Shown piece by piece: positions 39,717-51,832 of a DNA stretch of 64,000 nt (within the stretch, counting starts at the first letter, position 1; each line of letters opens with the position of its first letter). Under the pieces are notes generated by a model. It was not told the DNA's origin. It saw only the letters and a program-made list of their open reading frames with translations, and did not search any database. Both the position numbers and the translations under genes were made by a program. This DNA is from Vicugna vicugna. Taxonomy: Eukaryota. The stretch lies in contig MU058844.1 in NCBI GenBank assembly GCA_013265495.1, forward strand, positions 7,067,260 through 7,131,259, read 5' to 3'.

Positions 39717-39799
39717 CTATCCAAAGTGATGTCATTTAATCAGGCATGTAATCTTCTGAATATTCTTGAGCATGTAACCTGAATATTCTTGAATCCTCT

Positions 39800-40310
39800 T
39801 TCTTTTACCTCTCAACCAAGCTTCTCCTACTCCCCAGAGTCTATACATTGCTGTCACATTCCTTGAATTCAATCTTGATAATGCCTTTCTTATTTAGTTA
39901 TGTCTTTATGATCTAATATAGTTGGCAATTTGGGGTTGCCATGTGCAAAGGGAGGATTCCAAAGGCTTTCTGCTTTTTTCCCACTCTTCTTGAAATACTA
40001 ATCTCATCCAATTGCTTGGTTTCAGTTATCACTTCTACATGGAGAACATGCTAAAACTTGATTTCCATTTTTCATTGGTCTCTGTATTCAGCTCCTGATG
40101 TGTATCGCTAACTATATGTATCTGGTAACTGAAACTTTTTTCTGGAAAGCTGTATTTATTATTTCCCCAAATAACCTCTTGTTTCTGAATTCCCCTTTCC
40201 TGTTTATATTATTGTCCTAGTCTCTCAAATCTTTTTTGTCTTTGCTTGTCTTTCACTCTTAAAACAAATAAAAAACTATCAAGTTTAAGTTTATATTATC
40301 TCTCTACAGT
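39800..40310 (+). mobile_element. L2 remnant
   Basis: Degenerate L2 text ('ctcatccaattgcttggtttcagttatcacttctacatggagaac'). Confidence 0.5.
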
Positions 40311-40329
40311 TATCAATTATTATTTAATT

Positions 40330-41650
40330 ATTAAGAAATATTTTGAGTGTTCATCAAATATTAGAGAATAATGTAACAAACATCCATTTTTCTTCTCATA
40401 TGCCTGGTCAGATCTTAATATTTTGCCCTATATGATTTAGATTCATTCTTATATTTTAAATAAATTATAACTTTAAAAGTATGAGGACCCCTAATTATAT
40501 TTTCCTAATCTCATGTTCATTTTTCCATTTCAGAAATACCTACTTTTCTAAATTTGATGTTTATTATTTTTATCACTTATTTTATTGTCCATTAAAATAA
40601 ATAACACTGGTTTACTTTGTTAAGTTTTATATAAACGATGTGATTTTGTATATACCTTCCAGCATTTTTTCACACATTATGCTTTTGAGACTTATCCACG
40701 TTCATATCTATATTTCTAGTTAACTAATTTTGATATTTAATTATATGAATATAACATAATTTATCAATTTGCATTTTAGAAGACAGATTAATTTTAAATG
40801 TTTAACATTATAACAAAGGCAATGAATATTCTTTAAAATGTCACATTGTAAAATGTATGAGTTGCATATCATTTTACCAGTAATAGAATTACTAGTTTAT
40901 AAAATGTGTTCATTTTTAATTTAGCTTTTGCTAAATAGCTTTTGAAAATGGTTGAATCAATGTTTACTCATATGAGTAATCAATAAAACTTCCATTCCTT
41001 CTCATTCTTGCTAACATTTGTTATTAAAGTTGTTTTAATTTTTGCCAATCTAAGGAAGTGAATGACATTTGTATTTTTCTGATTACTAGTGAGATTAGGA
41101 CATATTTAGTGTCATTCTATTTCTTCCTTCAAATTGCTATTCCCATTTTTACCTACTTTACTATTCAAGTCATACTTTTCAGTTTATGTTATGTTTCTTA
41201 TGGCTTTTAAGAAACCCCTTATATATTCATAAAAACAATGATAATTGTAGTGAGGATTTATATTATGCTCATGTATCATATACTTTATAAAAATGCTTTA
41301 AATTTTTAGCAGACTTTATGGACAGAAAATCCTGTTTTGGCTATACATAATAAAATATTTTATTATCTATGTACTTTTATACAGAATATTTTCCTTTTGG
41401 AATATTTAAATTTTTTAGCCCATTTATTTTATGATTTTCCTTTGATCTTTCTAGGGAATCTTACTACAAGGGCATAAAGATATTTCCATATATATCCTTT
41501 AAAATAGTTTTTTTTTTTTCAAATTTTCACATTTAGGTGTCTATACCTCTGGAATTTACCTTTAGTGACATTGGAATCGACTTATTGTTTTATATGGAAA
41601 CTATATAAAAGTTTCTGAAATGGCTATTCCAGCACAGTTAATGTCAAAGT
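40330..41650 (-). mobile_element. L1ME-type antisense remnant
   Basis: 'ttttgagacttatccacgtt...catttttaatttagc...aatttttgccaatcta...tttctgattactagtgagattaggacat'. Confidence 0.7.
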
Positions 41651-41685
41651 AATGTTACATCAGCTCACAAATAGATACTTTTAAG

Positions 41686-41892
41686 CACACTGTTCAAAAT
41701 GGCAGCCACTAACCACAGATGGCTTTTAAAATTTAAAGTAATTAAAATGAAATGCAATTAAAATTTACTCTCTCAGTCACATTAATCACATTGTAAGTGC
41801 TCAGTAGTCGTATGTTGCTAATGACTAGTCTATTGGACAGGGCAGACATGGAACATTACCATTATCACAGAAACTTCTATTGGCAAGTGTTA
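41686..41892. mobile_element. hAT-Charlie MER33/MER3-like DNA transposon
   Basis: 'ggcagccactaaccacagatggct...taattaaaatgaaatgcaattaaaattt...ctcagtcacatt...gtgctcagtagtc...tattggacagggcagacatggaacattaccattatcacagaaacttctattgg'. Confidence 0.85.
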
Positions 41893-43139
41893 TTATAGAG
41901 GACAATGGTAAATAAAATGTGGGATTAGATTTCAAGTATTTCCTGGGAAGTATTGTTATTATTCATTTGGTGAAAAAATATTAAGGATTTCCCCTTAGTA
42001 TATAATACAACACTGACAGAGATAATATAAAATTTTAAGAAATACATGACACAAATAAATGTGGAATACCTATTTAAGCAATTTTATGTATTTTTTTTAA
42101 ATTTGTTTAAACCATCTAAAGGAATAAAAGAAGGTGACATAATAGACATAGATTTTTAAACATTCTCACTATTCATGTATATTAAATTACTAAATTTAAT
42201 TTAATAAATTTAATTACTTACTCTTGAATTAACAACCTAAATAAAGTTAAACTTTGATATTAAACACTTTAAAAATTCCATGGGATATACTGGAAATATG
42301 TGACAAAATAATTATAAAGTCTATCTGGGGAAAAAGTAAAATAAATATGAGTACACACATACAAAAATATGTGTAAAGGTAAATTATCCTCTTAGGTATT
42401 TAAGCTTTCTAATAAACAACATTAGTTTAAAATATGGTATTGGCCAATAACTGATGTATCAAATACATTGAAAGACTCTACAAAAGACCTTAACTGTATA
42501 TATAGGGGAAGAAAACGAAAAACCCAGAAACTTTAATATATAGGGGAAACAAACTCAACTTATTAGGATTACACAAAAATAACCCTAAATATACCTGTAG
42601 CAGAGGCTAGTGTTCTACCAATTAATCTGTGAGCCAAGCAATTAATCAGAGACCTTGAAAAAACTTTACTGGGGAGCTAAACATAGATGCTGGTACTTAT
42701 GCTTAGAAAAACACATTCCAGAGGTTTAAAAAAGGCTACTAAATCTACCTTGTATTACTGCCTGTCAGGGAAAGCAAAGAAGGATAAGGATGATGGAGAC
42801 CAGACTCAAAACCACAAGGAATGGGAATTTTTGCTAAGTTAGTAGTTATATTCTATTAATGTAGACTGTGAGTTTGTAGATAAAATATTGATTGAAAATA
42901 TGTTCATGTAAATGAAATATGCATGCATTATTATAAAAAGTGTATTGATGTTATTTATATATGCATATTTTTACTACTGGAGTAAAAATTAGAATTAGAT
43001 CCTAAGTTTCTAAGCATGTCAGGGATTTGCACAATGTTTGCTACATAATTGTTCATATGCAAAATTGAGAACAGCTTTGTATTAATTTCAATATACCAGA
43101 AAACCAATAGAATGAACACCCTGACCACAGATTCTTAAG

Positions 43140-45420
43140 TAAACTTGACAATAAAAGGGGGTTGGGCAATGAAACAAACAAGCAGTAATCATAATTAAAT
43201 CCAGTAAAATTAATAGAAATCAGTTTGTCTTAAAAATAAATGCTGTTAAGACTAATTAAAATAAATAAATAAATATTCAATTTAGGAATGAGAGAGGCAG
43301 TATTAACCATGTATAAGTTGTTGGTTAAAGTAAAATATCAAATACCAGTAAGCACATACATTAAGATGTGAGATTTCTGAAAATCTAAAAATTATGAATA
43401 TGAAAAAATATATAGAAAAGTTAAGTAGACCTAATACTAAGAAAAATAATTCATCACTTGTCATACATTTGTTAAAGTATGCACAGACTAAGATTTCATG
43501 GCAGAAGTTTTCAAATTTACTTGAAAAATAAATCTCATGTAACATGTAGTTTCAGATAATAAAATATAAAAGCCTTTCATCAATATTTTATTAACACAGA
43601 AGCAAATTTAAAAAATTCAGATACTTTGTCGGCACATGTTAAATTCTTAATCTCTCTGTTTCTCTGTATATGTATAAATATACATACCTTAGGATAAATA
43701 TATATTATATTTGCAGATTTAAGCACTATTCTTCAGAAATGGATAAACCAAATAGAAAAATTTGAAGTATATAGAAGACTATCAATCAACTTGTCCTGAC
43801 TGACATATGTAATACTTGTCCCTTACAACATCTATAGAGCACATATTCTTTTCAAATGTGCATGGAACATTCATTAAGATGAGTGTATACTCAACTATGA
43901 ATTATGTCTCAAGAAATTGAATGTGATTGAAATCATGCAAAGTATGTTATCTGATCACAACAGAAATGTACTAGAAATTTATTCCCAAATACCTAGAAAA
44001 TCTGCAAATATTTAAAATTAACTGTGACACTTGTAATAATCTATTGAGGATAAAAATGACAGTCAAAAATATTTAGAAGTGAATAATAAAAGAGTATATA
44101 AAATTTTGTGGGATGAAGCTATAGCAGTACTTAGAATTTTGCAGTTTTTTATGTTTATTTAAAACATGTTTAAAATCTGTGATCTATGTTTATGACTTAA
44201 GAAATGATTTTTTAAAGGAATTATTAATAACACAAAGTAAGTAGAAGGAAGAGTGTAAACATATGAAATAGGAAACAAACCATAGAGTAAATCAATGACA
44301 TAAAAACATCTCTGTCCTGAGAGAAAATATAAATTACTAATATTGTGAATGAAACAGAGGACATCACTACAGATTTTTTAGTTATTTAGAAAGATTATAA
44401 GAAATATTTTAAAGCCAGTTATGGCAATAAATTTAATAACTTTAGAATATCTACATTTCTGTATTTATTAAATAAATTAAATATTGTAATAGATACTTTT
44501 CTACAAAGAAAATTCTAGGCTAATATTGTATAATGTTGAACTCAAATATTTGATGAAGAAGTAATACAACTCAAAACTAAGAAGACAACTCAATAAAAAC
44601 TGAGCAAAATATTTTAACAGACATTTCTGTTATATGTTCCAGAAAACATATATGGATATCAAAAACACACGAGGCCTCTTGCTCCCTCATCTTCAGAGTC
44701 GGCCCGCATTCTGTCTATGGAATATGTATCTAATTTTACTTTAACCTGAGCACCCAACCCCCAAACCTCGTGTCCTGTCTCAAACCTTCTGAAACAGTCT
44801 ACATTCTATGTAGTATATAGTTCTCTAAATAAATCTATCTTTACTAAAAAAAAAAAACAAAACACACGAAAAGTATTTACGCTATTAATCGCTAGGGATA
44901 TGCACAGTAAAATTAGTTACCACTACACACTCAGTAGAATGTCTAAAATTTAAAAATTTATAATACCAAGCATTGGTGAGGATTGCAATTACTGAAGTCT
45001 ACTACAAAGACATGGGGTGTGAAATGATGCAACTACTTTAGAAAATAGTTTAGCAATCTATATAGTATTAAACTCTTACCTACCATATGACCCGGTAGTT
45101 CCCTATTAGGTATTAAACCAGCAAAAATTAAAACACAGTTCCACAAATAACTTACATGAATATCCATAATAGTTTTATTTCTGGCAGTCACAAACTTGAC
45201 ACATTCAAATAAATTGTGGTATATTTATACAATGGGTGAATCAGCAACATGAAGGACAGATTGAAGATATACACATTTACATAGGTGATTCTCAACAAAA
45301 TTATGCTAAATGACAAAATCCAGGCACAGAAAAAGTACATATGTTGGCTTCTATTGATAGGACATTTTAGAATAGGAAAAGCTAATCTGCAGTTATGTCA
45401 TATTGATTTCTGCCTGGGGT
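43140..45420 (+). mobile_element. Old L1M with decayed ORF2 and 3' end
   Basis: ORF2-like 'gagcacatattcttttcaaatgtgcatggaacattcattaagat', 'gaatgaaacagaggacatcactacagat', and late-ORF2 'taccatatgacccggtagttcc'. Confidence 0.75.
44673..44858 (+). mobile_element. Polyadenylated retrocopy of a MER41-like LTR transcript 3' end
   Basis: Ends 'ctctaaataaatctatctttact'+A12, versus 'ctctaaataaatctacctttact|caactg' in the LTR at 4804-5328; flanked by direct repeat aaaacacacga (44662-44672 / 44859-44869). Confidence 0.8.
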
Positions 45421-46501
45421 GGCAGGTGATGACAGATTGAAATCACAGTGGAGTAATCACACTTCAGGCATACAAAATGTGAGTCAGGTGGCCTTGAGGA
45501 TCTGGTCTTGCACATTAATAACAGTGATGTGACGATAAGAACTGACAGAAGATAATAAATTAATGTTTCACACAAAAATTATTTAAGAAATTAATTCTAA
45601 AAATATGACTGTCTCTTTGCATTACAGTAAATGTCAGTAAAAGGTAAGAGATTTTTACCCATGTAAAAGAAAAATACTAAATATACAATAAATATTTTCT
45701 AGTATATTTGGAAATAGACATTCTTAAAACTTATAGATATGTAAATTGGTAAAATTTTTGAAAATTCTTATTCAAAGGTCAGGTCACTCAAAAGTGTTCA
45801 AATCTTTTTCTAGTAATTAATCTTCTGAAAAGTTTGCAAAGGTAGTAATCAGAATTGCAGTAAAAATTTAAGTATAAATATGCTAATCATAATTATTTAT
45901 ATACTGCCTCAATACAATATTAAATATTAAAAAGTAGTGACTTACACATACATAATTTATATAACCACTATCATATGTGTACACATTTTATGATTGCATC
46001 TTAATATGTATAAATCATAATGAAAACATTATGAACATTTCTAAATAGTTTTTTAAATTCTATACTACATCCCTAATTAAAGAAAATATTGCAAAAATTA
46101 TAATGACAGTAGAGAATATAAAATAGTACAAATGTATTATTAAACACATAATTAATGTGATTTGGTTTCTGAACAATCCCTGATAATTCCTAGCATTGTT
46201 TAATTCAATTTACTGGAATTTTACATCAGTTTCCTCACAGATTAAAGCTGTAATTTTTTAAACTTTTCACCTCCAAAAGTAAATCAATTTATTTCTTCCA
46301 CATTGACAGCTATTTGTAAGAGATGAAGTTTGCATGTAATCTATTAATTTAAAAAGACAAGATGTTTTAGCATTTCTATACTTATTAAAATGCCGTTTTA
46401 TTACACAGTAACCATTAAAAAGTACATCTACAGCCAAAACTTATCTCTGACAAAATCTTATATGTGCTGATTTTCTGTCTCTCTCTACTTTGATTTTTTA
46501 A

Positions 46502-47333
46502 AAATTTTGTATATGCGTAATTTATTGACGTATAGTCAGTTTACTGTGTTTCAGTTTCTGGTGTACAGCATAATGCTTCAGTCATATATGAACATATAAA
46601 TATTCATTTTCATATTATTTTTCACCATAAGTTACTATTAAATGTTGAATATAGTTCCTTGTGCTATACAGTATAAACTTGTTGTTTATCTATTTTATAT
46701 ATACTAGTTAGAGTCTGCAAATCTCAAACTCCCAATTTATCTTTTCCCATCTCTTTCCCCTCCAGTAACCATAAGTTTGTTTTCTGTGTCTGTGAGTCTG
46801 TTTCTGCTTTGTAAATAAGTTCGTTTGTCTCTCTCTTTTTTTTTTTTTTTTAAGATTCCACATATGAGTGATATCATATGGTATTTTTCTTTCTCTTTCT
46901 AGCTTACTTCACTGGCTTACTTAGAAGACAACCTTCAGGTCCATCGATGTTGCTGCAAATGGCATTATTTTATTCTTTTTTATGGCTGAATAGTATTTCA
47001 TTTGTATAAGTATACCACAGCTTTTTTATTCTGTCATCTGTCCATGGATATTTAGGTTGTTTCCATGTCTTGGCTATTATAAATAGTCCTGTTTTGAACA
47101 TTGGGATGCATGTATCTTTTTGAATTAAAGTTCCCTCTGGATATATGCTCAGGAGTGCCTAAGGCAGTCTACCCAGGCAATAGAAACAAAAGCTAAAATA
47201 AACAAACGGTACCTAATTAAACTTATAAGCTTTTGCAAGCAAAGGAAACCATAAGCAAAACAAAAAGACAACCTATGGAATGGGAGAAAATATTTGCAAA
47301 AGATAAAACTGACAAGGTTTAATTTTCAGAGTA
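46502..47333 (-). mobile_element. Young 5'-inverted (twin-primed) L1
   Basis: Antisense 3' part 46502-~47158 joined to a sense ORF2 piece ~47159-47333; perfect 16-bp TSD tactttgattttttaa (46486-46501 / 47334-47349). Confidence 0.9.
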
Positions 47334-50300
47334 TACTTTGATTTTTTAATTCAACACCATGAAAAAAATGAATGAAATTTTTTGTCTTAGGTGTGAAATC
47401 AAGGAACAAATTTGCTATTCCTTTTTTTTTAAATCCCCCCAATATGAAAGATGTGCTCATGGCCATTGCAAACCACCATTGTCATCACTGAACCTTCTTT
47501 GGACACATTTGTGAGTTGCAGTTTTAACAAATGCTGCTAGGTAAATAAATAAATAAATAGATGTAAATGTTACATTTTTAGGTAGAGTTACAGTTTCAAA
47601 GCTATTTTTAAGTAGGAGTATTGCTTTTTACTAGAGACCAAAAAACCTACCATCATGTCTCATAATAAATTTTTTTTATATGTAGGTTCAGTCACTGATT
47701 GATATGCTTTGAAAGACTGTTCACTTAGGAGAACTCTCCATTTGAGATGATAGAGCATAAAATTGGAAAGAAGAGGAAATAAACTTACTTAAATCATTTA
47801 TAAAAGATTTGCAGAAGAGTAATAATTTTACCTTTAAAAAATTAGCAGTGAATTAAATTAGTGCTGGTGAAACAAAAGGACAGAAGCCAAATGTGTGTTG
47901 GCTGGTGTTCTGTGGACTGCCCCCACATCTCTGCCGACAATTTTTACTGCTGACCTTGAAACACCTGTTTGTTAGAAAGAACTGTCATTCAAACTGAGTT
48001 ATGTAAAAATTGCTCTGTGCTTTGAAAATGAGAAATAGAATGAAATCTTTAACTCTCTTTTCTTCTGTAATCTGAGCAATTAAACAAAAGTGGGGATTAA
48101 CCTAATCAGTTCATTAGACCTCTTCTCAATTACCAAGTCTAATGTTTATAGACAAAGCATTATTTGAAAATGTAAAACAAAACTAATAAAAATTTCCTAA
48201 GTGGGGATTAGGAATTATACAATATTTATTTAAATTGAAGCAAAAAATCAAACTGTTATTTTAATTTAGATGTATTAAATTGAAAATAATTTAAATTTAA
48301 GAAACATTGAAATGCTGATATTAATACCAATATTACTCTTTTGATATTTTTCTGCTACAATTTATGTAAAGAAACAAATGACATCAAATATTGTTCCTAC
48401 CCCACCATTAAGAAAGTGAAAAAAGACTTGCATGTAAATCTAGCCTCAGGTGATTAATTGCATTTTTGCAGTGACATTTTCATCACCTCATAGAAAGGGT
48501 TTATTTATCATATTGACCTATGACTATTGATGCTGACCTTGATCACCTGGCTGAGGTAGTATTTGTCAGGTTCTCCACTCTGAAAGCTTTCTTATCTCTC
48601 CCTTTTTCATATTGTTCTCTTTGAAAGGAAGTCACTATGTATAACTTACACTTAAGGAGTGTGTAGTTCCAAGGGCGGAGAAATTACATCCATTATTTGG
48701 AATTCTGTATGGAGATTTGTCTCTCCCCTATTCAGTAGTTTGTTTAGTCATATTTTCATAGTCGGTATGGACTGGTGGATATTTACTTTATAGTTTGGAT
48801 TAAAATCCAGTATTTATTTCGTGGTTGAAATTGTCCCAGCTTTTGCTATTGGGAGTTCTATCAGCTGCCTCCAGTATCCCTTTGATGTATCCCATCCATG
48901 TAGATTTGTTTATCTGCTTTTATTATATTTTGACCTCTTTTTTACTTTCAGGATCTACAAGATACACCAGGCTCATCTTGAATAGTTTAGCCATTTATCT
49001 AAGGAGATATGGCTCCCTTTTATTGGAAAAGGATATTAGAAAAAAAAAAAAGTCTGGGTGCTAGTGTGTTGTAGCTAAAGGGATGTTATTTCTTTTAGGT
49101 CCTCTCATCTGACTGAGTAAATAAATGTATGTGTGTATATTAACATAGTGTATACATACCTGTATACCTGTAACTATTTCTAAAAGTAGCCATCTGTATC
49201 TATACTAAGTTAAAATTGCATTCTTACTGATGGCTCCAACTCTAATCCATTATCACACAGGTCAGTTTAGTCTCTTCCCCTTGCCTATTTGTAAACTCCC
49301 ACTTCAATAGTGGGAATCTTGGCTTCACCATTAACCATCCATTTACATAGTTGTTCCATTTCAGTATACACATATAGCAGTATCAGAATTGTTAACCCAT
49401 ACCTTGATGGGAAGTACTACCAATGAGAGTACAACTCTTATGTGCAGTGTTTTTGCTTTTAGGCATAGACTCATTTCCAACATTGTTTAGTTCAACGCGT
49501 TTCCCCCTCCACTTCTTTCAGTGAAGTTGTTTCACCCATTTGTAATACAGATAAATTATTTTGTCACAGTCTGCATTCCCCCTTGTGATCCCCTGACCCC
49601 CAAATTATAAAAAAATATTGCATAGTTTGAACTTCACTCTGTGCTGTAACGTTTTTGGGTTTTAACAAACTACAATGTCATGTAACTATCATTACTATAT
49701 CATAAAAAATAGTTTTATCACACTAGAAATATATTGTGCTTCACCTATATAAGCCTTTGCCTCCCCCACACCCAGTGGAAACCACTGATATTTTTACTGT
49801 GTCTATAGTTTTGCCTTTCCAGAATGCCATATCGTTAGGATCACATAGCGTGAAGTCTTTTCAGATCGGCTTCTTTCACCTTACAATATGAATTTAAGTT
49901 TCCTCCATTCATGGCTTTATAGCTCATTTCTTTTCATCATTGGGTAATATTCCATTGCATGGATGTGCCGCAGTTTCTTTATCCATTCACTCATTGGAGG
50001 GCATCTTGGTTGCTTCCAGTTTTTAAGAATTATGCATAAGGCTGCTACAAACATTCATGTGCAGATTTTTGTGTGAATCAAATCACTTGGATAAATACCA
50101 AGGAACAGGAATGTTAGATTACATGGTAAAGTAATGTTTAGCTTTGTGAAAACCTGCCAAACTGTCTTCCAATATGGATGTACTATTTTGCATCCCCACC
50201 TGCAATTAATGAGAGTTCCTATTGCTCTGCATTTTTGCTAGCATCTGGTATTGTCATTTAAAAAATTATCTTAATAAGAATATAGTGGTATCTCATTGTT

Positions 50301-51146
50301 GATTGGATTTTCAATTTTCTAATGACAAATAATGTTGAAAATTTTTTGTATGCTTATTTGGGATCTATATATTTTGTTCTATGAATCTTTGATTGCATCT
50401 TTTGTCCATTTTTCCATAGGGTAGTTTGTTTTCTTATTGTTGAGCATTAACAATTCTTTGCATATTTTAAATATAGATCCTTTATCAGTTACAGATTTTG
50501 CAAAATCTCTCATTCTGTGGCTTGTCTTCTCATTCTCTTAAGAATATCCTTCACAAAGTAGGTGCTTTTAATTTTAATAGAGTGTAATGTCAAAATTTTT
50601 CTTCATCAGTCATGCTCTTGTTATTATAGCTATAATGTCTTCATCAAATCCACAATCACATAGATATTCTTTCATGTTTTCTTTTAAAATTTTTATAACT
50701 TTGTCTTTTACATTTAGAATTCATTTTGAATTAATTTTTGAAAAAAGTGGAATTTCTTTGTCTATGTATATTTTTTTGCATATGGATATCTAATTATTCC
50801 AGCACTATTTGTTGAGACTTCCTTATTCTTTGAAGTGCCTTTATTCTTTATCAAAGATAAGCTGAGTATATTTGTGGAGGTGTATTTCTATGGCTGTCTA
50901 ATCTGTTCCATTGATCTATGTGCTGTGTCTTTTGCTGATACCATCCTGTTTTGATTACTGTAGATTAATGGTAAGACTTGAAGTTAGGTAGTTCTTGAAC
51001 TTTGTTTTTGTTCTTCAATATTATGCAATGTATTTTAGGACTTTCACTTTTCCATGTAAACTTTAGATTCAATTTGTCAATATCCACAAAATCGCTTAAC
51101 AAGATTCTGTTTGGAGTTGCACTGAATGTAAAGATCAAGATGAGAA

Positions 51147-51322
51147 TATATGCTATCACTCATATGTGGAATCTTAAAAAAAAAAAGAAAAGAAAAGACA
51201 CTAATGAACTTATTCATAAAATAGAAACAGACTCACAGGCATAGTAAACAAACTTATGGTTACCAGTGGGAAAGAGGGTGTGAAAGGATAAATTGGGAGT
51301 TCAAGATGTGCAAATACTAACT
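51147..51322 (+). mobile_element. Internal L1 3'UTR fragment without polyA terminus or TSD
   Basis: 'tatcactcatatgtggaatcttaaaa...gaaacagactcacaggcatagtaaacaaacttatggttaccag...tgcaaatactaact'. Confidence 0.85.
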
Positions 51323-51378
51323 CATATTAGCTTGGCTAGAAGTTTATTAATTTTATTGTCATTTTCAAATAGCTGGCT

Positions 51379-51440
51379 CTTTTTATTGAAGTATAATCGA
51401 TTTACAGTGTGTTAATTTCTGGTCTACAGCATAATGATTC

Positions 51441-51475
<35 letters not shown>

Positions 51476-51574
51476 TATATCTCTCTCTCTCTATATATAT
51501 ATAGATATATAGATCTACTTTTTCATAATAGGCTATTACAAGGTATTGAATATAGTTCCCTGAGTGATACAGTA
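51379..51574 (-). mobile_element. Short L1 3' terminus with (TA)/(CA)/(TC) microsatellite
   Basis: 'ttttattgaagtataatcgatttacagtgtgttaatttctggtctacagc...tgaatatagttccctgagtgatacagta'; candidate TSD tcaaatagctggct (51365-51378) / tcaagtaactggct (51575-51588). Confidence 0.85.
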
Positions 51575-51659
51575 TCAAGTAACTGGCTTTGATTTCATTG
51601 ATTTTCTCTATTGTTTTCAATTTTAATGATTCCTATTCTAATTATTTTTCTTTTATTCA

Positions 51660-51832
51660 TTCCTTCTCCTCTTCTTCTTCCTCCTCCTCCTCCTCTTCTT
51701 CTTCTTTTCCTTCCTTTTCTTCTCCTTCCTCTTCTTCTTCTTCCTCTACTTCTCCTCCTTCTTCTCCTCTTCTTCCCCTTCTTCTTCTTCCTCTTCTCTT
51801 TCTCCTCCTTCTTCTTTTGTTTTTTTTTTTTT
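51660..51832. repeat. Polypyrimidine (TCC/TCT)n low-complexity tract
   Basis: ~170 bp almost exclusively C/T in imperfect triplets, ending in a T run. Confidence 0.95.

Noticed and set aside
39744..39792. 23-26 bp tandem duplication (gcatgtaa...ctgaatattcttga x2); similar short repeats at 22541-22586
   Set aside because: Ordinary slippage-type micro-duplications with no further structure.
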